A DNA stretch of 64,000 nucleotides from assembly GCF_006345805.1 (NCBI RefSeq), contig NC_043004.1:86552001-86616000 (forward strand), in the 5' to 3' direction. The notes beneath the pieces are model-generated. The model searched no databases. It saw only the letters and a program-made list of their open reading frames with translations, and was not told where the DNA came from. This DNA is from Octopus sinensis (Eukaryota). Positions 52,706-64,000 of this stretch are shown one piece after another (the stretch's first letter is position 1; each line of letters starts with the position of its first letter). Both the position numbers and the translations under genes were made by a program.

Positions 52706-55299
52706 ATATTATAAAAGACTTTAGAAGCATTTACCTAAAGTTAAAGACATGACTGTAAGGTGAAGAAGCTCACACTTGGCAACTGTGAGGTTTCAAGTTT
52801 CAGTGCCACTTGTCACACCCTGAGCAAGTGTCTTCTATTATAGCCCAAGGCCGACCAGTACCTTGTGAGGGTATTTGCTAGATGTATACTATGTAGAAGC
52901 CCATAATGTGTGTGTATGCGTGTGTACGAGTGTGTATGTGTGTGTGTATGTGTTTGAGTTTGCACCCCACCACACACACACACACTTGATAACCAGTGTA
53001 GGATTGTTTATATCCCCTGTAACTTCACATTTTGGCAAAATAGACCAATAGAATAAGTACCAGGCTTTTAGAAAAATGTACTGGGGTCAATTTGTTTGAC
53101 ATTTTCAAGGTGATGCCCCAACATGGCCACAGTCCAATGGCTGAAACAAATAAAAGATGCAGGATAACTGACACTTCAATAATGTGATTGTTAAAGAAAT
53201 TATAATTTTAACATGTTAAGCTATAAAAGTTCCCCATCTCTGTTGTAGAATGGTCAAATATTCTATCATCATCATCGTTTAACGTCTGCTTTCCATGCTA
53301 GCATGGGTTGGACAGTTTGACTGAGGGCTGGCGAACCAGACGGCTGCACCAGGCTCCAATATTGATCTGGCAGAGTTTCTACAGCTGGATGCCCTTCCTA
53401 ACGCCAACCACCCCGAGAGTGTAGTGGGTGCTTTTACGTGCCACCATCACAAGAGCTAGTCTGGTGGTACTGGCAACAACCTCGCTCAAATCTTTTTACA
53501 CATGCCAAATGAAACAAGAGAACAAAAAGGATTTAACCAAATACCAGTAATGATGGTCTTTTAACTTGGCCATCATCCTCATCGTGAATATCATCATCGT
53601 TTTATCTCCTGTTTTACTCTGCTTGCATGATTCAGATGGAATTTGTTGAGGCAGATATTCTATGACCATGTGCCTGGTACAATGAAGAACACTGAAATAT
53701 GTTTGAGATTTCTGATTTTAAAAATACCTATTTTTATTATAAACCGAAAATGTTGTCCTTACTACAAATGACAGACACCGAGATAGTTAGGAGCTGGTTG
53801 TTTTTGGACTAAGCATGAGAGTAGTAGTTGTCAAGATGTTAGTTGGTCATTGTGTGTTGCTGTTGCCATCCATCTATTGTTTTTATTATGACAGCTCTCT
53901 GGTCAGCTGCTGCTCCGACTACTGTCTTCTGCATCTGGCCTGATGTTTGCTGTCTGTTAGTAATGGCTAAAATGCACAGTGGTGATTTTGCTCAGAAAAA
54001 GTGTACCAAAGATGAAATTGTTGTTAAGTCTGGTTCCAAATGAAGTCTGGAATCATTATCATCATCATCATCATTTAACGTCCATTGTCCATGCTGGCAT
54101 GAGTTGGATGGTTTCACTGGATCGGCATGCTGGAAGGCTGTGCTAGGCTCCAGTCTGATTTGGCATTGTATTCTATGGCTGGATGCCTTTCCTAATGCCA
54201 ACCACTCTGAGAGTGTAATGGGTGCTTTTACGTGCCATGAGCACAGGTGCCATTTGTGACACTGGTATTTGCCCAGAAACATCAGCACGCCGGGTGAAAT
54301 GCTTAGCGGTATTTTGTCTGCCATTACGTTTTAAGTTCAAATTCCGCCGAGGTCGACTTTGCCTTTCATCCTTTCGGGGTCGATAAATTAAGTACCAGTT
54401 ACACACTGGGGTCGATGTAATCAACTTAATCCCTTTGTCTGTCCTGGTTTGTACTTTCTGTGTTTAGCCCCTTGTGGGTAGTAAAGAAATAGGTATTTGC
54501 CATGACTGCAATTTTGCTCAGCTTGATAGGTCTTCTTCTCAAGCACAGCTTGATTTTTTGATGACATTGGTAACATTCTAACGAATCATGATCATATTCT
54601 TGATTTGTTGTTTTTTGGCATCAGATATGAGGATCTGGGTTTGGTTGCTAACTATTCCTGCTACATGCCCTTCATGTGCACCAAGCCTCACTTGATTCCA
54701 TATAAGATACTATTTTCAAATGGACAAACTTGTTTTCATAGAAGATTTGAAATGAGCAATATTGCTTGCATGATGATGATGCTCATTTTCAACTATCATG
54801 CAATATCAAGACAAGAAGACAACAAACAGGCTTCTTTCAGTTTCCAATCACCAATTCTACTCTCAAGGCTTTGTTTGGCCCAGGGCTATAGAAGGTACTT
54901 GCCCAAAGTTTTATGTAGGACTGATTGAACCCCAAAACACATAGTTTAAAGAGTGAACTTCTTAACTTCATAGCAATGCCTCCACCTACACACACACACA
55001 TATACATGTGTGTATGTGTGTGTATATACATACATACATACATACCTAGAAAGAGAGAGATAGATACATATATACAAACATGTGTGTGTGTGTGACTCAG
55101 TGGTTATACCATCAGGCTTGCAATTATGAGGTAATGAGTTCAACTCCCAGACCAGGCTGTGTGTTGTGTTCTTGAGCAAGTCACTTTATTTCATGTTACT
55201 CTAGTTCACTCATCTATAGAAACGAGTTGTGACATCACCGGTGCCAAGCTGTGTCAGCTTTTGCCTTTCCCTTGGATAACATTAATGGTGATGGTGGTG

Positions 55300-57015
55300 G
55301 GTAGCCAAAAGGGCAGCTAGGTATCAGGTATACATGGCAAAATGAGTAGCTGAAGGTAAGAGATTTGCAAATGTACTTCAGTGTGAGGATCAGAGGCATA
55401 AGGTGTTCAGGATTGCAAAACTATGTATCAGAGAAAATAGAGGTGTGGTAGGTGAGAAATGTGTGTGAATGGATAATTGTATGCTTGCATTTAGTGACTC
55501 AGAGAAGAAAGATACATGGAAGTGTCACTATAAAAGGTTACTAAATGTAGAAAATGAATTGGAGAAGGAGAGCCTACCAAATATCAAATCAATCGAGGGA
55601 CCAGCCATCAGAGTTGATAGCAGCATAATAGATAAGGCAATTAAGGACATGAAGACAGAGAAAGCCCCTGGGCCATCAGGAATCACTGCTGAGATGATTC
55701 AAATTTCCAGTGGAGTAGGTTACAGCTTAGTCACCCATATAGTTAATCAGGTTATTCAGGAAGGCACCATCCCCAATGACTGGTGTAGTAGTATTATAGT
55801 CAGCTGCTACAAGGGTAAAGGTGATGCCTTAGCTAGAAACAACTACAAAGGTATTGAATTGCTAGACTGACTCATGAAAGTTACTGAGAGGGTTATAGCT
55901 CAATTGATTAGAAAAAAATTAAACTAGATGAGATGCAGTTTGGTTTTGTACCTGGGAAGAGTACCACAGATGCCATCTTCCTAGTGAGACAGCTGCAGGA
56001 AAAATACTTGGCCAAAAGTAAGCCATTGTACTTAGACTTGTCAACCTTGAGAAAGCTTTCGACAGAGTTCTCCGCTCAGTTATATGGTGGTCTCTAAGGA
56101 AGTTAGGAGTAGAGTAGAGAAGTGGCTTGTTAGAGCTGTTCAAGTGATGCTGTCAGTAAGGTGAGAGTCGGCCATGAATACAGTGATGAATTTAGCGTAC
56201 AGGTAGGGGTTAACCAGGGATCAGTTTTCAGCCCACTCTATTATAGTCCTCCAAGCTATAACAGATGAAATCAAAACTGGGTGCCCATGGGAACTGCTAT
56301 ACGCTGATGACCTTGCTCTTATTGCAGAATCTTTAGCAGAATTTGAGAAGAAATTCTAGGTATGGAAACAAAACCTGGAATCAAAGGGCCTTAAGGTTAA
56401 CTTAGCAAAGACCAAAGATGTTGTAAGAAAGATGATAAAACTCTCCTTCTATCAGGTAAATGACCCTGCTCAATATGCAGGAAAGGAGTTGGAATAAATT
56501 CCATTTGCTGCACCCAGTGTAAACTATGGACACATAAGAGGTGCAGTGGAATCACAGGTAGATTAAGAGATAAAGTCATCTTTGTATGTAACAGATGAGC
56601 AGGAACAATAAGCACAAAGAGCACATGTGACTTAGATTCTCTCAAATGCCCAGGAGGCTCTTTTGAGGTTGTAGATAGTTTCTGTTACCTAGGTGACCAA
56701 ATTAGCAATGGTGAAGGATGTTCTAACAGTAATGTTTCTAAAATAAGAATTGGGTGGAGGAAGTTCAGGGAGCTATTACCTCCATTGGCAATAAAAGGAC
56801 TCTCTCTCAAGATGAAAGGTAGACTATATGATGCTTGTGTGCATATGGCTATACTCCATGGTAGTGAGACATGGGCTCTGAATGCAGAAGACATGCATAG
56901 ATTGGAGAGTAATGAAGTCTGGTGCAGGCTTCTGCCTTGCCAGCTCTTGTGAAACCGTCCCACCCATGCTAGCATGGAAAGTGGACATTGACCAACAATG
57001 ATGATGATGATGATG
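55300..57015 (+). mobile_element. Degenerate RTE LINE, internally deleted before the (GAT)n tail
   Basis: Collinear with 34450-36100, then jumps to the 3' tail. Confidence 0.92.
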
Positions 57016-57226
57016 AGTCAACTCAATATGTTCAACTGTTAATCCAGACATGTTTTTTCTCTCTCCATCTGTTTTCTCTCCTCATTCCTTTCTGTAGAAG
57101 AGCATAAGCTTGAAACATCAAAAACTTCTTCCATTTTTCCTGTGGTTCACCTTAGGAAAGGCATCCAGCTGTAGAAGCCAAACCAAAACAGACAATGGAA
57201 CCTGGTGTGTCTCCTGGTTTTGCCAG

Positions 57227-57503
57227 TGTGGGATGACGTCAGCAGCTGGGGAGCTGACCGGAACTTGGGGCTGACTGGAAGGGGCAACAGTGACGTGCAC
57301 GCAGGTAGGGCAGGATTCTGCCCTTTTGAGCATGGTCGCCGAGCAAGAAAGACGGGCCAGCAAGTTGTTAAGGTTGGGAGAAGCATCTGCTATTTCTAGC
57401 GTTTGGGTCAGGCTGTGTTGAAGGATCCATTACCGCTGAAGGGTCTCCATCTGAGCAAAGAGAAGGTAGGTGCCTTTATTTCGAATCTCTCACATACACC
57501 ACA
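57227..57503 (+). mobile_element. Solo LTR
   Basis: TGTGG...CCACA ends, 277 bp, 5-bp TSD GCCAG, inserted in an RTE-tail copy. Confidence 0.85.
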
Positions 57504-58764
57504 GCCAGCTCCTGCCAAACTGTCCAACCCGTGTTAGCATGGAAAATGGGTGCTTTATACACAAAGGAGTACAGGTGCTATTTATGTGGCACTGGTATAT
57601 TACCTATGTCTATCAGTCAACTGTTTTATGGCTAATATGAATGTTGTCTGTGTAATGGATATGAGGAATGACAAAATTTGGAATGGAGAAATGTTCAATG
57701 TGTGGTACTTGAATGATACAACACTGGGCAGTCCAGATGAGTCTGTCACAGATAACCTCCACAACAGTATTCTAGCTCCATTGCCTTTTGGATTCAAGAA
57801 AACCTGCTCATATTTACTCTGAAGTGATACATACAACTTATGACAGAAGCCATTTTACTGATGTAAACAGTATTTGATCTGTCTTGATTGAGCTGCAACT
57901 GATAACAAGGGATGATATCTATATTCTCAGCTTACTGATTTATTTGAACGCTGTCTAAAAGTACCTGGAATCCAAACAAGAAAACCTGACAAAGATGACC
58001 GACAGATTGTATTGGATTGATTCTTATTAAAACTTTTTTCTGTTGAAGAACTGCTTTGCTCTTCTGAAATTTCTCTTTCCACTGAGACACAAACCATGCT
58101 ATCTCCAGTCAGGACATCTTAATGAACCTGATGCTGCCATTTAGTCATGTATGGGATTCATCTGCAGTATCATCTTTATGACACTGGCCAGAAGTTAGTG
58201 AAACTTGCTTCAAGGTTGGACAGCCATATCTTCTGCTCAGTATCTGTTTTAACAGTGAAGGTATGTGGCTTAGGGGTTTGCGGTGTTTGGTTCGTGATTT
58301 TAAGGTTGTAAGTTCAATACCCTGTGGTGCATCATGTCATTGAACAAGACACTTTATTTCACATTGCCCCAGTCTGCTCAGCTGGCCAAAATGAGTTGTA
58401 CCTGTAATTCAAAGGGCCAGTCCTGTTACATTCTGTGTCACACTGAGTCTCCCTGGAAACTATGTTAAGGGTACACATATCAACTGGAACCCTAATCGTC
58501 ATAACTGGCAGAGTGCCAGTTTTCATCTGTCTGGATATCACCAGCCCCCTTTTTCCCCTTCACTGCCTCCAGCCATTCACTCATCCATAGCATATCCAAG
58601 TCCAGACTGCGAGTATAAGACGGTGTGGGTTGTCTAGGTTCATAATGTCTTCGCTATTCCCCAGAATCAACAAAACAGTAACAATATCAAGTGTAATTTC
58701 ACCAATATGGTCATTGTTTTCCAAACTTTTTTCTTTCATAACTCCTTCACTTAAGGTCAATAAA

Positions 58765-59168
58765 GGGATCTTTTCGGTTTGAACGGCAGTTTTTTCTAGT
58801 GGTGTCATATGAAATTGTCACTCATAATTATGACCCTAGTATCGATCTATTGCATTTCAATCTGTTTTAGGGTTAGGGTTAGTTAGGGTTAAAGGTGGAG
58901 GAAGGGTATCTTTTTTTCTTCAGAAATGTAAATAAACCCAATCTGTTTCTTAAACGAGGGACATATTCATACGGCACAGAATGTTTTCACCTCAAATAGA
59001 CGTCATTGATTGGTTGAAATTGCAGAAATCGAAGAAATCTTACAAACTATAGAATTTTCTCAATAAAGCCAAGAGAAAAAGATGTTTTATAAACACATTC
59101 TACCAGTATACGAAGTTTAAAAGTGTTTAGTTACGTGAAAATTATTTTTAAAAAACCGAAAAGATCCC
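58765..59168. mobile_element. MITE with an internal TTAGGG tract
   Basis: Perfect 16-bp TIR GGGATCTTTTCGGTTT; 6-bp TSD AATAAA. Confidence 0.88.
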
Positions 59169-59751
59169 AATAAAGTAATTCATTATTCTGTTAAGTCGCC
59201 TTCTTTCAGCGTTGTCGTATATTCCAGTAACGAGTGATCCTACACTAGTAAATTTTAATGTTTACCTCAGCATGATGACATAATCCATTCTTGTAGTAAA
59301 GGGAAACAACCAATGCTGTAGTCAGCGAAAGGTTATCTCCCTTCATAACTATTTACTTTCTTCAGTCCTAGTTTGTGGTTGCTAACATCTCTGCCGTAAT
59401 TTTACAAAATATAGTGTCGCATTCTCACCATTTAAATGGCAGTTGACAAACATTCTTTGAACGAATGAATAACTGCAAATATTTTCTCACGAAACCTTTG
59501 GTGTCGGGCCATTGATCACTATTGAAAGAATATTTATCTACCTATGTGATGCTGAGCCCCATTTCTTCCAGTTCATCACAAACACACACGTGCATACACA
59601 CACACAGATACGCTTTACAATATAGTGCGATATGATGATTTGGCTGCTATTTTCAAGCAAGTCAAGAGAACCAGTGTGAGGGTCAGAAATTTAGGGTTAT
59701 TTTTCTTGTAGTGACAGTGATATTGTGTTACCTGAAGCTTGTTGCAGCAAC

Positions 59752-60164
59752 CGTGGAGGCGCAATGGCCCAGTGGTTAGGGCAGCGGACTCGCGGTCGTA
59801 GGATCGCGGTTTCGATTCCCAGACCAGGCGTTGTAAGTGTTTATTGAGCGAAAACACCTAAAGCTCCACGAGGCTCCGGCAGGGGATGGTGGTGATCCCT
59901 GCTGTACTCTTTCACCACAACTTTCTCTCACTCTTACTTCCTGTTTCTGTTGTACCTGTATTTCAAAGGGCCGGCCTTGTCACTCTCTTTGTCACGCTGA
60001 ATATCCCCGAGAACTACGTTAAGGGTACACGTGTATGTGGAGTGCTCAGCCACTTACACGTTAATTTCACGAGCAGGCTGTTCCGTTGATCGGATCAACT
60101 GGAACCCTCGTCGTCGTTGATCGGATCAACCGGAACCCTCGTCGTAACCGACGGAGTGCTTCCA
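59752..60164 (+). mobile_element. Young family-B SINE
   Basis: 11-bp TSD GTTGCAGCAAC and a duplicated ~31-bp 3' segment. Confidence 0.92.
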
Positions 60165-61340
60165 GTTGCAGCAACAAATTGTCTCTCATCTGTCCTAACA
60201 GTCTTTCATTGTACAGGTCATCTGTTTGTGTGCCCTGCCTTGTGTTCCTAGCAATTTATTGTGGAAAAACTGCGAGCGCATTTGGTCATTTGGTTTCCAA
60301 CCTGTGGCGTTTGAGATGTTCAGAGGGACAGGGCCACTAATCGCAAAGTTATTATCAACGGTGGCAGCTCGCCCAACCGATGCGTCAGGTGATTCCCACG
60401 AGGTCACTTGGCTTTCTAAACGCCTTAGCCTCGCCATCGCCCGTGGTAATGCTGCGAGCGTGCTGGCTTGCTTCAGTAGGTTCCGTTAAACCTTGTGGTG
60501 TGTGATAAAAAGATTCCCAACGAATGGTTTCAATACAGTTTTGACAGAAAGATTTGGAAGAATTAGATGAAAGTTCTCCGATAATTTTCTTTCATGTAAA
60601 TGAATGCTTATGTCAATTTAAGAATTTGCCAGTAAAACCTTATAAAATGACAATGTTCTACAGCAGGGGTGGGGAAACCTTTCAGTGCGGCGGGCAAAGA
60701 TTTCCAAAGAAAAAGGTCCGCGGGCAGATCACAAGTTCTAACTCTTATATCTGTGTCAATGTTATATATATCTATGTATAATTCGAGACAAATTAATAAA
60801 GATAAGTTTAAGACATTAAATTAAAGCGTAACATTTTCATTAACGCCGCCACTGAATTTAGGACATTTATATTACCTATATTTTTTTTTAGGTAGAATGT
60901 AGTTGGGTCTCAAGGGGGTGGTACAAACCTAACAATGTGTTTTATTATGAAAACAAAATTTCCATTCAAATGAAAATTGTTTACATTAAAACAATACTAA
61001 ATATTCGTAGCGAAGAAGTGAGGTGATTAATACGTGAATACTACTCATTTTGTTATGCTTGGGGACGGTCATCTTTAGCCAATTAAACACGCACTATTTA
61101 TTTGATCTTCACTTTAGCTTTATTATTATTAGTAGTAGTAATTGTCCCAGGAAGAATAAGAGGTTGAAAAAAATGTCACCCTTTGTAAAGCTGAACATAT
61201 ACAGAATCAAACGCCATAAAGTTACCCTCTCGATGTTCCACTATTTCTACAAAAACGTATTGCCGTTCATGCTACCCCTGTAGGTATGGTTACTAGCTTT
61301 TGTTTTTATAATTTTAGATCAATATTAGACATACCTACAT

Positions 61341-61691
61341 AAGTGTGCACTTCCTCACCACAAACTTTATTTCCTCATAACTTTCAGAAAAATTAGTTCT
61401 TTAATGAAATTTTCTACAAATATCTTTCAGATGGTGTGGATTACGATCATATCGCAATTTAACGCGAAAAAAGAAAAAGCAAGGCGGGCGTGCACACATA
61501 CAAACTATAAATTTTGAAAAAATTGTGATTGTGTGTCAGTATGTTTGTGTGCGCGCAGACTCTTTTTTTCCCCCACATTAAATTCCGATATAAACGTTAT
61601 CTACACCATCTGAAAAGTATTTGTAGAAAATTTCATTAAATAACCATTATTCTGAAAGTTATGAGGAAATGGAGTCGGAAGGGGCACACTT
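61341..61691. mobile_element. Long-TIR MITE
   Basis: ~100-bp imperfect inverted arms (tttcctcataactttcagaa...gatggtgt / acaccatc...ttctgaaagttatgaggaaa). Confidence 0.75.
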
Positions 61692-61904
61692 GAATAGGGT
61701 GTACCCAATATTAAAGGCTAATGAATAGTTGTGACATTCATTGTATAGATAGCAAAAGTAAAGCAATTTCCACTGAGTATCGAAACCGCATCACCAGCAT
61801 GACAAATAGTCATAACACAGTTGTCTCCCTTATCGGTGTCACCTTAAAATATCTTCTCTTAAAAATGTTCTGATAAGAATTTTCATTCCTGTGCGAAGTT
61901 AAAT

Positions 61905-61964
61905 ATGAAATATTCGCCAGAATTTGCTGTTTTGCAAAGCACTTTTAAATTGTTTGAGAAATTT
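61905..61964 (+). CDS. GEMIN4: Probable first coding exon of the GEMIN4-like gene
   Basis: MKYSPEFAVLQSTFKLFEKF resembles GEMIN4 EMTILHGGFLLAEQL. The only phase-0 donor (TTT|GTTGAG) is weak, so the 3' boundary is uncertain. Confidence 0.45.
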
Positions 61965-63248
61965 GTTGAGTATAGATTTTGTTTATTCTCCCAAATCATT
62001 ATTTTGATGTTATTTGCTCTTCTTCTTCTGCCTTGCTGTTTGTTGTTATCGTTTATCCACTTTGGTTGTCTTCATAGTTTTTACATAAGATTTGATTACT
62101 TTTAAAATTTTTTATCAAAAGTTGAAAAGCATATAATTTGATTAAAGAAATATGATATTGAAGAAGATGGAGAATTTGTTTCTAAAGTTTAAATAAATCT
62201 GTCTACAAAACAAACAATTACTTTATTTACACAAAATTAAGCGCTCGAACAACACGTGTGAATTGTTTACAAAATTTTGCCCGATTTAAGTTTATGCGAA
62301 ATAGAAACGGCAAAAGTACAACTTAGTTTTAAAATAATTTTCAGTATTCTTATTTTACAAAAAAACAACAAAAAAAAAAAACGAATGTCTTATGAGGAAC
62401 TGACTGGATCGGTAGAGCGTCAGAAGAAATGTTTTGGTGGTATATGTTCCGGCTCTTTTCGTTTTGAGTTCAAATCCCACCTAGATCAACTTTGCCTGTC
62501 ATTCTTTCATTGTCGATGGAATAAAATACCAGTGAAGTACTTCAGTCCATGATATCAACTAGCCTCTTCCTCTTAAAATTTTGCTTAAATCCTGACACAA
62601 TTATTGTTATATGTTATACTGTTTTGTTTTGTTTTTAAATAAATACATTTTCAGAAAGACTGGCCTAATCACTTGCTAAGTTGTGATTGGGACAGGAGAG
62701 CATAGAGGTCCATAATCACCATGGTACATGAAAGGAGAGTTATACCTCTGGCCAACATATATATACGCAAAAAATACACATTAGCTTGAAAACTGAGTCA
62801 CTGTAATAAAATGTTAAATCTCTTCATCAGAAGTGTTATGATAACAAACACGACTAGACAGCTGTCTTGTACTATTTATCTATTCCCTATGACCATTAAA
62901 GCCAATGTACCTGTAACGTGAATTATATGAATTTTCATCCAAGGCATTTGGTTTTAAATGAAATAATAATCCTTTCTACTAAAAGTACAAGGCCTGAAAT
63001 TTTCTGGGAGGAGACTAGACGATTACATCGACCCCAGTGTTTCCCTGGTACTTAATTTATCGATCTCTAAAGGATGAAAAGCAAAGTCAACCTCAGTGGA
63101 ATTTGAACTCGGAGCGTAATAATAATATTAATAAGAGTAATATGCTAGCACTCACTTTTAAAATAATAAAAATAATTTTCTGCAGTAAAAAATTTCTGAA
63201 TTACTTTCAAGTGTTGCTAATTTTTTCTTATTTTTTTCTCTGTTCTAG

Positions 63249-63596
63249 ATTAAAGAATCAAATAAAGATCTTTCTTCACTTTCCAAGAAATGCTGTCAAC
63301 AGTTCAGTCCTGTACTTGTTGACACAATCAATGAAGTATGCAATGGTTTGATGGCAGACAACGATTCTGGTTTTACAAAAGAACACTGGCAATTCACTTT
63401 ACATTTAGTTATCTTCCTGAAACTAATTGCTCACAAACAACTGGAAGAAGAGTCTCTTTGGAATCAGTTACGGGAGGAGAATGTCTGTAAGGACACAGAT
63501 TTGCTGGCCATTGCTCAGACAGTATTGCCACACATTGCTCCTGTTGTGTACTTTGAATTAGTGACGAGCTGCAACTGGGAAGGATATTATATGAGG
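63249..63596 (+). CDS. GEMIN4: GEMIN4-like (gem-associated protein 4) coding exon
   Basis: Acceptor ttttttctctgttctAG|, donor GAGG|GTAAGG, 348 nt open in phase 0-0. VLVDTINEV / WQFTLHLVIFLKLI / DLLAIAQTVLPHIAPVVYFELVTS resemble human GEMIN4 PIVEALREI / WKKKALIIIWAKVL / [24 protein letters not shown] (recalled). Confidence 0.7.
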
Positions 63597-64000
63597 GTAA
63601 GGATAATAATGCTTTCTAATTTTAGCACAAAGCCTGAAATTTGGCGGGAGAGAGCTAGTCAATTACATCAACCCCAGTGGGAAACTGGTACTTATTTTGT
63701 TGACCTTGAAAGGATGAAAGGCAAAATCGACCTTGGCAGAATGTAAAACCAGAAGAAATGCTGCTAAGCGTTTCGTCTAGTGCACAGATGATTCTGCTAG
63801 TTTGCCATTTTCTTAATAATAACAATAATGTCTTTCTTCCCCCTTTTTTCTTTCACCTGATTTTGTAAATGAACAGTCTGTTGTGTTTATTATAATGGCC
63901 TACCAATGTATACAATGAGTTTCTTTGCCCTAGGTGTCAGGAAGACACTCGGCAAGAAATGGAAACAAAATTAAAAGGAAAGGATAATCATAATAATGCT

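Larger units (their letters stand above)
57690..60490 (+). mobile_element. Fragmented CRE-clade non-LTR retrotransposon
   Basis: NVWYLNDTTLG and FFLLKNCFA (RT side). FQPVAFE...RLSLAIARGNAASVL (restriction-like endonuclease end). Interrupted by SINEs and a MITE. Confidence 0.65.
59150..62600. promoter_or_regulatory. CpG-retaining region upstream of the GEMIN4-like ATG, candidate promoter
   Basis: CG retention judged by eye; the region includes the candidate ATG at 61905. Confidence 0.35.

Noticed and set aside
58867-58890. TTAGGG repeats as a telomere or fusion scar
   Set aside because: Only about 3.5 units, and they lie inside a TIR-bounded MITE.
59755-59826. SINE heads as tRNA genes (also 2053 and 1395-1465)
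   Set aside because: No proper acceptor stem or terminator, and they continue into SINE bodies.
63918-64000. Acceptor-like cctAG| near the right edge as the next GEMIN4 exon
   Set aside because: The phase-0 reading hits a stop and does not resemble the expected sequence.

Overview
AT-rich, microsatellite- and transposon-dense eukaryotic DNA. The SINE, RTE and Penelope content points to a coleoid cephalopod, probably Octopus (inference). Two intron-containing genes diverge toward the window edges. On the minus strand is an NSUN7-like gene with four phase-compatible coding exons (19146-19450, 11057-11385, 8879-8937, 3254-3534) that runs off the left edge. On the plus strand is a GEMIN4-like gene (clear exon 63249-63596, probable first exon from 61905) that runs off the right edge. 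Both gene names come from remembered human sequences and have not been checked by database search. One intact tRNA-Ala(TGC) lies at 51782-51853. The rest is a mosaic of three or four tRNA-SINE families, RTE LINEs carrying a PHD-like finger inside the RT, Penelope-like fragments, CR1, a CRE-clade remnant, Gypsy pieces and a solo LTR, mariner/maT, a non-autonomous Helitron, MITEs and local tandem repeats. The strongest leads are: several Penelope-type minimal hammerhead ribozyme motifs, some sense to the NSUN7-like pre-mRNA; many long fold-back structures; a possible distal first exon plus 40-nt micro-exon for NSUN7; and a TTAGGG-bearing MITE with a 6-bp TSD. No CRISPR array or rRNA was seen. 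Repeat boundaries are approximate unless a TSD or TIR is quoted.
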